From a bacterium (GTDB lineage: Bacteria; Patescibacteriota; Minisyncoccia; UBA6257; GWB1-50-10), in the NCBI GenBank assembly GCA_021814805.1, contig JAKAHT010000001.1, positions 29,027 to 67,297 of the forward strand: a stretch of DNA of 38,271 nucleotides. Direction: 5' to 3'. The notes below the pieces were generated by a model. The model was not told the DNA's origin. It did no database searches and saw only the letters and a program-made list of their open reading frames with translations. The position numbers and the translations under genes were made by a program. Numbering within the stretch: the first letter of the stretch is position 1; every line of letters starts with the position of its first letter. Shown one piece after another: positions 1 through 8,421 of this stretch.

Positions 1-2360
1 CCGTGTTTCACTTCTACTTTGAGGGGTACCGCAAATTTATCAATGTTCTCCATTATTTTTCTTATTTTATCTGCGGCTTCAATTAGAATATCATCACGAA
101 TTTCAAAGAGCAATTCATCGTGTATGGTGAGGATAAGCTTTATTCCCGAACCGAGGCGGTTTGTTTTTATCATGGCTGTTTTTATTATATCGGCTTCAAG
201 GCTTTGGATGGGCATGTTTATGGCCGCCCTTTCGTTATCAGAGATTATTTTCTGGTTGAGTGATTTATCAAACCATCTCTTGCGGCCGTTTTTATTTTCG
301 ACGAATCCGTTTTCGGCGGAGAAAAGCTTGGTTTCATCCTGCCATTTTTTTATGGTTGGGAAAGTGTCGAAATATTTTTTTATGAAGATAGCAGCTTCAT
401 TCTGGCTAACACCCGACATCTCACTGAAAGCTCTCGGTCCCATTCCGTAAACCACCCCAAAATTCAGAGTTTTCCCCACGCGCCTCTCTTCTTTGGTTAC
501 TTTTTCTTCTGGGATGCCGAATATTTCGCTGGCTGTTTTTGTATGAATATCCAAATTTTTTAAAAAAGCGTCTATGAGGTTTATGTCACCCGATACATCG
601 GCGAGGAGTCTTAATTCGAGTTGAGAGTAATCAAACGAAACCAAGCTCCAGCCTTCGTCTGAAATGAAAACGTCTCTTATTTTTTTGGACCAGGATGATT
701 CCTGGGGTATGTTTTGAAGATTTGGTTTTTCCGAAGATAATCTGCCGGTTGAGGTGCTTGTTTGTACAAAACTGGTTCTCAGTCTGTTGTCGTCGTCGGA
801 TAAATTTATTATCGGCGCGAGGTAGGTGGATTCCATTTTAAATGTTTCCCGGTAGCTTAATATTAAATCTATTATTTTTTCCCCTCTGATCGAAGATAGG
901 GCCTCAAAAGAAGTAGATGGCTGACCTGACTTGGTTTTCTTTATTCTTTTGGATTTTAATTCTCGTCCCTTAAATATTATTTCCGAGACTTGTTTGGGTG
1001 AGTTTATATTGAAGACTGAGCCAGCTTCTTTATATATATCCCGTGACAAACCTTCTAAAACATTTCTCATCTCACCCAGCGTCTTTTGAGCCGACGCCTT
1101 GTCTATTTTTATCCCAATCATTTCCATTTCAGCCAGAACTTCCACGAGCGGCATCTCTATTTCATAAAAAACCTTACTCAAACCGTTTTTTTCTATTTTA
1201 TTTTTGAGTATCAAGAAAGAGTTTTTCCAATCAGACTCGTCTTCGGAAGGTTCCCGGCCGGTTAGGTTTTTTATTATGATTTCTTTAGAAAGACGTACGG
1301 ATTCTGGCTTGTTAAGCCAAAAAGCCACGAAAATATCGAAGATATTTAGAGGCGTTTCCCTATCTTTCTTTATTAATGATTTTATTATCGGTTTCCATTC
1401 CCAAGCCACCTTGAAGTTTTTGCTTCTCAATTTTGTCTCATTAAGATCTTCTTCTTTTGATATAAAAAAAGCATTCAGTATTTTTGTCTCGCTCTCTTTA
1501 GGTGTGCCTTCTATTCTTCCTGATAAGCTCTTGAAGTCCCATCTCTTAAAATAATCCTCCAATTCATTCTTAGGGAGCGATTTTGTTTTAAGATCGATGA
1601 TGTTCAAATTTAACGGGACGTCGCATTTTATTTTGCCCAACTCCTTGGAAATCAGGGCTATCTCTTTAAAAGGTAGGATATTTTTTAATTCTTTGTCTTC
1701 GGGCGATCCTTCGGAAAATATATTTTCCAGACTTCCGAACCGCTTGAGGAGTTTTTCGGCCGTTTTCGGCCCCACGTTTTTTATGCCGGGAATGTTGTCT
1801 GATTTGTCTCCTACCAATCCCTTGTAGTCCGGAAGTAAGGCGGGGGGCAGGCCATATCTTCCAATGACCGCCCCTTCGTCGTAAAGAGAGGTTTCGCTTA
1901 CACCTTTTTTCAGTATTTTTACCAGCACTTTGCCGTCGTCGACAAGCTGAAGGGAATCTAAGTCCCCGGTTAAAATAGTTACGGAAATGTCCTCGTGGCC
2001 GAATTTTTTCGCCAGCGTTCCTATTATGTCATCCGCTTCGAATCCCGGTTTTTCAAATGTTTTTATATTGAAAACCTTGAAAAGTTCCCTTGCTTCTATT
2101 ATTTGGGAAATAAGTTCATCCGGAGCTTTTGGCCTCTTGGCTTTGTAATCATCAAACATCTCCTTGCGGAACGTCGGCTCGGGCCTGTCAAAGGCGGCAG
2201 CCACATAATCAGGCTTTTCTTCTTTTAGTGTTTTTATGAGCAAACTCGAGAGACCGTAAAGAGCGCCCGATGGCCGGCCATCACTCGAGATTAAAGGCGG
2301 CAGAGCATGAAAAGCCCGGTGTATTAAGGAATTTGCGTCTATTAGGAGCAGCTTCTTCAT
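1..2360 (-). CDS. polA: DNA polymerase I (5'-3' exonuclease plus polymerase domains); the last ~10 C-terminal residues are cut off by the window edge
   Basis: My own minus-strand translation from the ATG at 2360-2358 gives MKKLLLIDANSLIHRAFHALPPL (5' nuclease). Further on it gives DYSQLELRLLA (motif A), RRVGKTLNFGVVYGMG (motif B) and TIHDELLFE (motif C). The frame is open to position 1, so it is absent from the ORF track (no stop in the window). The + ORFs at 19-2228 are its shadows. Confidence 0.95.
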   Translation of the reverse strand, partial: MKKLLLIDANSLIHRAFHALPPLISSDGRPSGALYGLSSLLIKTLKEEKPDYVAAAFDRPEPTFRKEMFDDYKAKRPKAPDELISQIIEARELFKVFNIKTFEKPGFEADDIIGTLAKKFGHEDISVTILTGDLDSLQLVDDGKVLVKILKKGVSETSLYDEGAVIGRYGLPPALLPDYKGLVGDKSDNIPGIKNVGPKTAEKLLKRFGSLENIFSEGSPEDKELKNILPFKEIALISKELGKIKCDVPLNLNIIDLKTKSLPKNELEDYFKRWDFKSLSGRIEGTPKESETKILNAFFISKEEDLNETKLRSKNFKVAWEWKPIIKSLIKKDRETPLNIFDIFVAFWLNKPESVRLSKEIIIKNLTGREPSEDESDWKNSFLILKNKIEKNGLSKVFYEIEMPLVEVLAEMEMIGIKIDKASAQKTLGEMRNVLEGLSRDIYKEAGSVFNINSPKQVSEIIFKGRELKSKRIKKTKSGQPSTSFEALSSIRGEKIIDLILSYRETFKMESTYLAPIINLSDDDNRLRTSFVQTSTSTGRLSSEKPNLQNIPQESSWSKKIRDVFISDEGWSLVSFDYSQLELRLLADVSGDINLIDAFLKNLDIHTKTASEIFGIPEEKVTKEERRVGKTLNFGVVYGMGPRAFSEMSGVSQNEAAIFIKKYFDTFPTIKKWQDETKLFSAENGFVENKNGRKRWFDKSLNQKIISDNERAAINMPIQSLEADIIKTAMIKTNRLGSGIKLILTIHDELLFEIRDDILIEAADKIRKIMENIDKFAVPLKVEVKH

Positions 2361-2361
2361 C

Positions 2362-2805
2362 TTAGCTGATTAAAAAAATCCTTTTGTTCTCGTTCTTGTG
2401 TTTTATGTATATGGATAGAGTTTTGTTTTTAAGGTGTTTTTTTATCAAATCAGCCCACTCCACCGCTATGATATTGTTTTGTCCGGAAAGGGCGGCTTCT
2501 ATTCCGGTCACCTCCAAGTCTCTTTTTGTTTTTATGCGATAAGCGTCTACGTGGTAAAAGTTTTTATATTTTTTGTTTTTGAGGATGCTATATCTTCTGA
2601 CCATTAAAAAAGTCGGGCTGGTTATTTTGTTTTTTATTCCCAAGCCCCTACCCAGTCCTTTTATAAATGTCGTTTTACCGGACCCCAAATCGCCGTTTAG
2701 GGCTATTAAAAAATTACCAGATCCGTTTTTTAATATTTCTTCGCCGAGCACTCTGCCTAGTTTAACTGTCTCTAAGTTTGACTTAGTTTCTATTCTCAAT
2801 TTCAT
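2362..2805 (-). CDS. tsaE: tRNA t6A37 biosynthesis ATPase TsaE (YjeE family)
   Basis: 147 aa. Has the P-loop GDLGSGKTTF, then SPTF and HVDAYR, which are hallmarks of TsaE. Its stop lies 1 nt from the polA start, and its ATG overlaps the ruvB stop (TAATG). Confidence 0.85.
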   Translation of the reverse strand: MKLRIETKSNLETVKLGRVLGEEILKNGSGNFLIALNGDLGSGKTTFIKGLGRGLGIKNKITSPTFLMVRRYSILKNKKYKNFYHVDAYRIKTKRDLEVTGIEAALSGQNNIIAVEWADLIKKHLKNKTLSIYIKHKNENKRIFLIS

Positions 2806-3806
2806 TAGATCAGTTTACGCGTTTTATCGAGCTTCAGGTGTTTATAAGCAAGATCGGTTGCCGTCCGGCCGGACGGAGTTCTATTTAATAGTCCGATTTT
2901 CATAAGAAACGGTTCATAAACTTCTTCAATTGTATCCATTTCCTCGTTCAGGGCAGCCGCCAGAGTTTTCAAGCCGACCGGTCCGCCACCGAATTTTGTC
3001 ATTATTGTTTTTAAGAGTTCGCGGTCGGCCTCCTCGAGTCCTAAAGAGTCCACCTCGAGCATTTCCAGTGTTTTTTCAACCACTTCGCCGCTTATTTCTT
3101 TTTTCTTGTTAACTTGGGCATAATCTCTGGCTCTCTTTAACAATCTATTGGCGACCCTCGGTGTAAATCTAGAAGCTTCGGCAAGTTTTTTAATTGCTTC
3201 TTCTGCTATTTCGACGTTCAGTATCTTAGCCGATCGCTTTATTATTTTTTCCACGTCCTCGTTTTGATAATAATCCAACCTAAACGTCGCTCCGAATCTG
3301 GAACGGAGAGGAGAGGAAAGTAAGTTGACTTTAGTTGTGGCCCCTATGACGGTAAAAGGCGGCAGATCCAAGGTGAAGGTTTTAGCCGCCGGACCCTTGC
3401 CTATTATAAGGTGCAGTTTTCTGGACTCCATGGCCGGATAAAATATTTCTTCCACCAGTTTGTTTATCCTGTGTATTTCATCTATAAAAAGTATCTCGTT
3501 GGGTTCGAGGTTAGATAATATGGCGGCTATGTCGCCCGGCTTTTCCAGAGCCGGACCCGAAGTGGATCTGACCCCCACGCCCATTTCTTTGCCTATTATA
3601 TAAGCTAAGGTGGTTTTTCCGAGACCGGCCTGACCGTAAAATAAAAGGTGGTCCGAACTTTCGCCTCTTTCTTTAGCCGCTCCGATTATGAGCTTGAGAT
3701 GATTTTTTATCTTGTCTTGGCCAACATATTCGCCGAAAGTTTTGGGTCTTAAGAGCTGCTCTATGCTTTCCGATTCCTCGTTTGTTGTTTTTTCTTTTTT
3801 ATCCAT
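2805..3806 (-). CDS. ruvB: Holliday junction branch-migration helicase RuvB
   Basis: 333 aa. LRPKTFGEYVGQD...LLFYGQAGLGKTTLA (Walker A), ILFIDEIHR (Walker B) and a C-terminal winged-helix region typical of RuvB. Confidence 0.97.
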   Translation of the reverse strand: MDKKEKTTNEESESIEQLLRPKTFGEYVGQDKIKNHLKLIIGAAKERGESSDHLLFYGQAGLGKTTLAYIIGKEMGVGVRSTSGPALEKPGDIAAILSNLEPNEILFIDEIHRINKLVEEIFYPAMESRKLHLIIGKGPAAKTFTLDLPPFTVIGATTKVNLLSSPLRSRFGATFRLDYYQNEDVEKIIKRSAKILNVEIAEEAIKKLAEASRFTPRVANRLLKRARDYAQVNKKKEISGEVVEKTLEMLEVDSLGLEEADRELLKTIMTKFGGGPVGLKTLAAALNEEMDTIEEVYEPFLMKIGLLNRTPSGRTATDLAYKHLKLDKTRKLI

Positions 3807-3878
3807 AACCCTGTTTATTGGTTATTATACACCAAAAAAGCTTTATTTTTCCTACATTTTGGAGGGAGAGTTATACCC

Positions 3879-3907
3879 TTGACATTTATATATGTTTATG
3901 CTAATAT
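3879..3907 (+). promoter_or_regulatory. sigma70-type promoter TTGACA-17 nt-TAATAT with no protein gene downstream
   Basis: TTGACA at 3879-3884, an exact 17-nt spacer, TAATAT at 3902-3907. The tRNA-Gly promoter at 33559-33587 has the same architecture (TTGATA-17-TAATAT). Confidence 0.5.
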
Positions 3908-3913
3908 GGTCCT

Positions 3914-4063
3914 TGTCTTTAATTGGAGGCCTGTGGGCAGGAGATATTCTCCAGAATTTGGACTGCTTGGTTCCGGCTGGGCTAATCCTCGAGAAAATCT
4001 CACATAAAGCCTCTCCTTACGGCATTATGCCCACAGACCTCCCACTAAAGGCTTTTTTATTTT
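3914..4063 (+). ncRNA. unclassified structured small RNA (~150 nt, rod-like); family not recognised and strand tentative
   Basis: It begins about 7 nt after the -10 box. The 5' end GUCUUUA-AUU-GGAGGCCUGUGGGCA (3915-3939) pairs with UGCCCACAGACCUCC-CAC-UAAAGGC (4028-4052): 7 bp, a 3x3 loop, then 14/15 bp. An inner helix pairs GAGAUAUUCUC (3941-3951) with GAGAAAAUCUC (3991-4001), 10/11 bp. A U-tract UUUUUUAUUUU (4053-4063) follows directly. Confidence 0.5.
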
Positions 4064-5738
4064 AAGAAATGTCCCAAATTAAGGGGCCGGTTAATCTTTC
4101 TATCTCATCGAGGCTTGTTATGCCTTGCAAAACTTTAAGTAGCCCATCCTCTTGCATCGTCACCATACCTTGGGCCCTGGCTAGATCCTTAAGTTGTATT
4201 TCGGTTGGGTTCCCGTAAATGGCCGATTCTATTTTTTCGTCCACGACAAAAAGTTCAAAGACCGAGGTTCTACCTTTATATCCCAAACCGGCGCACTTGT
4301 CGCATCCCACAGCGCTCCAAATTTTATAGTTTTTATACAGTGATGTATCAACCCTTTTAGGAAGCCTTTTAAGTAGTTTTTCTATGTTGTTTTTGGTTGT
4401 TTCGTCGAGTTCTTTTTCTTTTTTGCACGAAGAACAAAGTTTTCTTACGAGTCTTTGGGCTATAATGAGGCTTAAAGAAGGTCCCAGTATATTAGATGGA
4501 ACATCGAGGTCCATAAGTCTCGGTATGGCTCCCACGGCGTCGTTGGTGTGGAGAGTGGAGAAAACCAGGTGGCCTGTCAGGGCGGCGTTTAGAGCTATTT
4601 CGGCCGTCTCTTTATCTCTTATTTCGCCGACTAGTATTATGTTCGGATCCTGTCTCAAGATAGATCGAAGTCCGGAAGCAAAGGTGTAGCCTGCGTCCTG
4701 GTCTATTTGAGTTTGAGAAATCCCAGCCAGATGGTATTCTATCGGATCTTCGACTGTTATTATCTTTATTTCCGGTTTAAACACCTTCCTTAAAAAGGCA
4801 TAAAGTGTGGTGGTTTTACCCGATCCGGTGGGTCCGGTATTCAATATGAGCCCGTTAGGTTTTTTTATTTCGCTTTCCACTATCTCTAAATCGTCCGGTC
4901 GCCACCCGAGTTCTTCCAGATTTACTTTCAAAGATAACGGATCCAAGAGTCTTAAGACCACGGTTTCTCCGTAGTCGGAGGGTATTATCGATGTCCTTAT
5001 TTCTATGTCTCGGTCGGACAGAGCTATGGTGAAGCGGCCGTCCTGCGACTCGTTGGTTATGTTTATTTTTAAATTAGACAGGAGTTTTATCCTGGTAACG
5101 ATAGATTTATAAGTTATTTGGTTGAATTTATCGTAAGCATTATGCAGTAATCCGTCGATTCTAAGTCTCAGTATCCCATTCTCTTCGGCCGGCTCCAAAT
5201 GAATATCCGAAGCTCCGAGGGCTATGGCACCCGAAAGTATTATTTCTAGGATTTGAGATAAATAAGGACTATCGAAATCGGTCAGTAGTTTATTCAGGTC
5301 TTCTAAGCTTTTTATTTTTTGCTGCAATTCTTTTAATTTGCTCTCGTCTATCTCAACTTTACCGCTGATTTCTTTGTCCGGGACTATATATTTGTAGTAG
5401 CTCCAAGCGTGATTCAGGCTCGACATTGAGACGGTATAAAGAGAAACATCCAGTTTTTCTTTTATCTTCTGTATAATTTTTTTTGTCTCTTCGAGTTCCG
5501 GATCGAAAACAGCCACTGAAGCCACTTTATTAACTATCCGAAAAGGCGCGAGAAGAGCTTTTTTTGAGTCCGATTCCGGAATGAGCTCCATAGCCTTTAT
5601 TTCGGTCGGGACCTTATTGGAGATCAGATTCAAATAAGGGAGTTTATTTTTATCAGCGCGTCTTTTGGCGTCATTTTCTTCGGCGTCTCTTTTTTGATTT
5701 TTCAGTTCTTCTTCTATGTCTTTTTTGGATTGAAACAT
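4062..5738 (-). CDS. pilB: GspE/PilB-family secretion ATPase (type IV pilus assembly / T2SS E protein)
   Basis: 558 aa. Walker A GPTGSGKTTT, Asp box/Walker B ILVGEIRD, His box TGHLVFSTLHTN, and a tetracysteine motif CSSC...CDKC. No other pilus genes occur in the window. Confidence 0.88.
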   Translation of the reverse strand: MFQSKKDIEEELKNQKRDAEENDAKRRADKNKLPYLNLISNKVPTEIKAMELIPESDSKKALLAPFRIVNKVASVAVFDPELEETKKIIQKIKEKLDVSLYTVSMSSLNHAWSYYKYIVPDKEISGKVEIDESKLKELQQKIKSLEDLNKLLTDFDSPYLSQILEIILSGAIALGASDIHLEPAEENGILRLRIDGLLHNAYDKFNQITYKSIVTRIKLLSNLKINITNESQDGRFTIALSDRDIEIRTSIIPSDYGETVVLRLLDPLSLKVNLEELGWRPDDLEIVESEIKKPNGLILNTGPTGSGKTTTLYAFLRKVFKPEIKIITVEDPIEYHLAGISQTQIDQDAGYTFASGLRSILRQDPNIILVGEIRDKETAEIALNAALTGHLVFSTLHTNDAVGAIPRLMDLDVPSNILGPSLSLIIAQRLVRKLCSSCKKEKELDETTKNNIEKLLKRLPKRVDTSLYKNYKIWSAVGCDKCAGLGYKGRTSVFELFVVDEKIESAIYGNPTEIQLKDLARAQGMVTMQEDGLLKVLQGITSLDEIERLTGPLIWDIS

Positions 5739-5871
5739 TGGTTAAATTATAACCCAAAAGTCGCCTTTAGTAACCGGCGGAGGCATTAGATATATTGACT
5801 TATATTGGATATTATTGTATGGTATTAAAGACAAGCAATATAAACAATTTGGAAAGGAGGTGAAGGCCGTT

Positions 5872-6309
5872 ATGACTTTCATCGTAAAAATTTTATCCGC
5901 ATTTATCTTGATAGCCGCCTTGATGAGCCTTAATGGATGCTTTACCTTGTATCCGTATAAGACAACCATTGTTGATGTCGGCAGAGGGGAAATCATACAG
6001 AAGGGAGGGTTCCCTATAACTTTTGGAGGAGTAAAAGCCATAAACAATTCGCCCTATCATGTTGATTTCATAGAGAGCGGCAAATGGGGCGAGGAATATT
6101 ATGCTCTAAATGTTCCTCCCGGAGGCAGCTGGTTCTTCTATTGGGATTATGATGAATATCCCAGCATGCTTCTCACGGCGAGATTGACCGGGACAGGAAA
6201 GACAGTTTCTCAATCCTTTACCGGAGGGTATGGGTCCTATACGCCACCACCGAGATCTTGGACAGTATACCTGGATAACTATGGAAACCTCGGGGCTTAC
6301 TCAAGATAG
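5872..6309 (+). CDS. small putative lipoprotein (hypothetical)
   Basis: I prefer the internal ATG at 5872, which lies 11 nt after AAGGAGG (5852-5858). The product MTFIVKILSAFILIAALMSLNGC has a signal peptide with a lipobox-like LNGC. It is followed by its own terminator. No family recognised. Confidence 0.5.
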   Translation: MTFIVKILSAFILIAALMSLNGCFTLYPYKTTIVDVGRGEIIQKGGFPITFGGVKAINNSPYHVDFIESGKWGEEYYALNVPPGGSWFFYWDYDEYPSMLLTARLTGTGKTVSQSFTGGYGSYTPPPRSWTVYLDNYGNLGAYSR

Positions 6310-6320
6310 GCGATTGAAAG

Positions 6321-6361
6321 GCGGCATGTCTCTGCAATAAAGAGCATGCCGCTTTTGCTTT
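6321..6361 (+). terminator. rho-independent terminator
   Basis: GCGGCATG (6321-6328) pairs with CATGCCGC (6345-6352) around a 16-nt loop, followed by TTTTGCTTT. Confidence 0.7.
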
Positions 6362-6410
6362 ATATATCATTGTGCTTGAAAATTGAGCCCCAAAAATCGA
6401 AAATTTATAT

Positions 6411-7280
6411 ATGCCGGAATTACCGGAAGTTCACATCATGGTTTCGGGTCTCGATAAAGCCGTCTCTGGAAAAAAGATAATCGGCCTTTGGACTGAGTGG
6501 CCGAAGTATTTCAAGTACCCGGAAGGCGAGCCGGCTTTTACTAGGAACATTCTCAGAAAGAAAATCGTCGGAGTGGAAAGGCTCGGTAAAAATATATTGT
6601 TTCGTTTATCAGGAGGATATCTGATGCTTGTCCATCAAAAGATGACCGGTCGTTTTTTGATTGGTCGGTGGAGGGGTGAAATGACGAAAGAAAATTTTAA
6701 AAGTGGAACCGACGACCCCAAGGATAAATTCGCGAGGTTGATACTATTCTTGGAAGGGGGTTGGGCGTTGTCTTTTGTCGATATGAGGAAATTCGGAAAA
6801 TTCTTGAGCGGTCGGGAAAGTGAGATTTTAGGCATGCCTGGAGTCCGTGATGTGGGATTAGATCCGTTTTCTCCCGATTTCAAATTCGAGACTTTCCGGA
6901 AGATGTTGAAAACAAGGAGAGTTGCTGTAAAAAAATTCCTTTTGGATCAAAAATTTGTAAGCGGTATTGGCAATATCTATGCCGATGAGATGCTCTGGTA
7001 CGCCAAAATAAATCCCCTCAAAAAATCCAACTCCTTGAGTTCCGCGGAAGCGCGGGTATTGTTTGGAGCCCTGAAGATCATCCTTAAGAAGAGTATAAGA
7101 CTCGGCGGTTCATCGATATCGGACTATCGGGATCTTTTCGGTCGGAAGGGCCGCTATCAGAAGAACTTCTTTGTTTATGGTAAAAATGGCGAAAGATGTT
7201 CTCGTTGCGGCGTAAGCATTAAAAGGATTAAAATCGGAACGAGGAGCGCTCATTTTTGTCCCAAGTGTCAAAAGATATGA
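6411..7280 (+). CDS. mutM: formamidopyrimidine-DNA glycosylase (Fpg/Nei family)
   Basis: 289 aa. N-terminal MPELPEV catalytic signature and a C-terminal zinc finger CSRCG...HFCPKCQ. Confidence 0.92.
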   Translation: MPELPEVHIMVSGLDKAVSGKKIIGLWTEWPKYFKYPEGEPAFTRNILRKKIVGVERLGKNILFRLSGGYLMLVHQKMTGRFLIGRWRGEMTKENFKSGTDDPKDKFARLILFLEGGWALSFVDMRKFGKFLSGRESEILGMPGVRDVGLDPFSPDFKFETFRKMLKTRRVAVKKFLLDQKFVSGIGNIYADEMLWYAKINPLKKSNSLSSAEARVLFGALKIILKKSIRLGGSSISDYRDLFGRKGRYQKNFFVYGKNGERCSRCGVSIKRIKIGTRSAHFCPKCQKI

Positions 7281-8092
7281 TTCATTATTTTTACGGCCCT
7301 GATTCCCTGAGAAGGAATCTTAAATTCAAAGATGCTTTAAACGAAATCTCCAAGAAGTCCGGCACTGTCGAGGAGATGGATGTCGATTTGGATGAAAAAG
7401 AAGATGCTTGGAAAGAAATCAAAGAGTTTGTAAACCAGCAGTCGATTTTCGGCGGGGTGAAGGTGGCGGTAGTCAGAAACCCTTCTTTTTCTGAAGATGA
7501 AAGATGGCTGGATTTCCTGAGGCAAAAGATATCTGACGGCAATATTCATATTTTTATGTCCGAGAGCCGCGCAAAGCCCCTTAAGGCCTTTGAATTTTTA
7601 GTCAAAAAACCTTCGGATTTTTACGAGTTCCAGGAACTTACCGGCAGCAACCTTTCTTCTTTCGTCGTATCGGAATCTAAAAAAAGAGGTTTCTCTTTTT
7701 CGCCTGAGGCTCTGTCTTTTTTTGTCTCATTTTTGGAAGGGCAAAAAGAAGGCAAAAGTTGGATGGCTGTAAATGAAATTGAAAAATTTTCTTTTTTAAG
7801 CAGAGAAACGATTTCCTTGGAGGATATGGCGAAGTCATCCCGTTTCCCTGACTTCGATGAGGTTTGGGTTTTGACCAAAAGGATTTTGAATTCGGATAAA
7901 TTGGGAGAAAGAGCTTATTTTCTGGAAAAACTTTTTATGGAAGAGGCTGACCCTTCTTATGTGTTTAACTCCCTAGCTTTCGGAGCAAAAGGCAGGGATC
8001 TTATGAAACTATCCGACTACGATATTATGGTAAAAAGCGGGAAACTTGATTTTCCCGAAGCGTTATTTAGTTTTGTTTTGGGAGGAGTTTAA
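7277..8092 (+). CDS. holA: DNA polymerase III delta subunit-like (HolA)
   Basis: I prefer the ATG at 7277, an ATGA overlap with the mutM stop. MIHYFYGPDSL resembles the delta N-terminus (YLLYGEE..L). NEIEKFSFLS..ISLEDM resembles the ELEKL..IT.EDV segment. This is a weak family call made by eye. Confidence 0.55.
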   Translation: MIHYFYGPDSLRRNLKFKDALNEISKKSGTVEEMDVDLDEKEDAWKEIKEFVNQQSIFGGVKVAVVRNPSFSEDERWLDFLRQKISDGNIHIFMSESRAKPLKAFEFLVKKPSDFYEFQELTGSNLSSFVVSESKKRGFSFSPEALSFFVSFLEGQKEGKSWMAVNEIEKFSFLSRETISLEDMAKSSRFPDFDEVWVLTKRILNSDKLGERAYFLEKLFMEEADPSYVFNSLAFGAKGRDLMKLSDYDIMVKSGKLDFPEALFSFVLGGV

Positions 8093-8338
8093 TCTCTTGG
8101 ATAGCCTGGATTTTAAGCGATTGGCTTTACCCTTCTTTATAAAATTCACCTTAGACATCTTGTCGAGAGTCTTATAAACCTCCGGCAGTGATTTGCCAGC
8201 TTCTTCAATTTTTCCGCTCTCGATTAATTTCTTAAAAGTGTTCAGGCTGGACCTCATCTTTTTCTTGCGGCTGAGGTTGATTTCTTTTTTCCTTAAGCTT
8301 TGTCTTAGGGCTTTTTTGGCTGATTTGGTTATTGGCAT
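8063..8338 (-). CDS. rpsT: 30S ribosomal protein S20
   Basis: 91 aa. MPITKSAKKALRQSLRKKEINLSRKKKMRS is a typical basic helical S20. It converges on holA with a 30-nt overlap. Confidence 0.9.
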   Translation of the reverse strand: MPITKSAKKALRQSLRKKEINLSRKKKMRSSLNTFKKLIESGKIEEAGKSLPEVYKTLDKMSKVNFIKKGKANRLKSRLSKRLNSSQNKTK

Positions 8339-8384
8339 ATTATTTGTGAAATGGTAACTTTTTGGGGGCTTATTGTCAATCAGT

Positions 8385-8414
8385 TCGACACTCGGGCCAG
8401 GAGACGGTTATAAT
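8385..8414 (+). promoter_or_regulatory. candidate promoter TCGACA-18-TATAAT, placed 7 nt before the ruvA ATG (leaderless geometry)
   Basis: TCGACA at 8385-8390 and TATAAT at 8409-8414, with the ATG at 8422. There is no Shine-Dalgarno sequence in between. Confidence 0.4.
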
Positions 8415-8421
8415 TAAGAAA

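Noticed and set aside
19-2228. Four plus-strand ORFs from the track (19-450, 1204-1554, 1597-1827, 1995-2228).
   Set aside because: They are low-complexity, Phe/Leu/Ser-rich antisense shadows of the minus-strand polA reading frame. That frame is continuous from 2360 to 1 and carries all the Pol I motifs.
3961-3990. The minus-strand string GCCCAGCCGGAACCAAGCAGUCC resembles the SRP RNA domain IV core (..CAGGUCCGGAAGGAAGCAGCC..), suggesting a 4.5S/ffs gene.
   Set aside because: The residues flanking the GGAA tetraloop (CC on both sides) cannot form the closing helix. The overall fold is branched rather than a single hairpin. The promoter and U-tract are on the other strand. This cannot be settled without a covariance-model search, so it is not called.
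3892-4065. A 57-codon plus-strand ORF (MFMLIWSLSLIGGLWAG...KAFLF) spanning the structured intergenic element.
   Set aside because: Its ATG lies upstream of the -10 box of the only plausible promoter, and it has no SD. The region shows long-range base pairing (14/15 bp plus extensions) that coding sequence would not need. It is kept only as an alternative hypothesis under the ncRNA finding.
5742-6047. A minus-strand 101-aa ORF overlapping the pilB-lipoprotein intergenic region and the start of the lipoprotein gene.
   Set aside because: It has no start context and an odd composition. It runs antisense to a plus-strand gene that has an SD, a signal peptide and a terminator. Most likely spurious.
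6376-6413. A possible leaderless promoter for mutM (TTGAAA-17-GAAAAT-6-ATG).
   Set aside because: The -10 match is poor (GAAAAT) and several overlapping AT-rich hexamers fit equally well. It is too weak to count as an independent example.
8063-8092. A 30-nt convergent overlap between the 3' ends of holA and rpsT.
   Set aside because: Such overlaps are common in compact genomes and no structure or motif is visible there. It may also shrink if the holA C-terminus is mispredicted.
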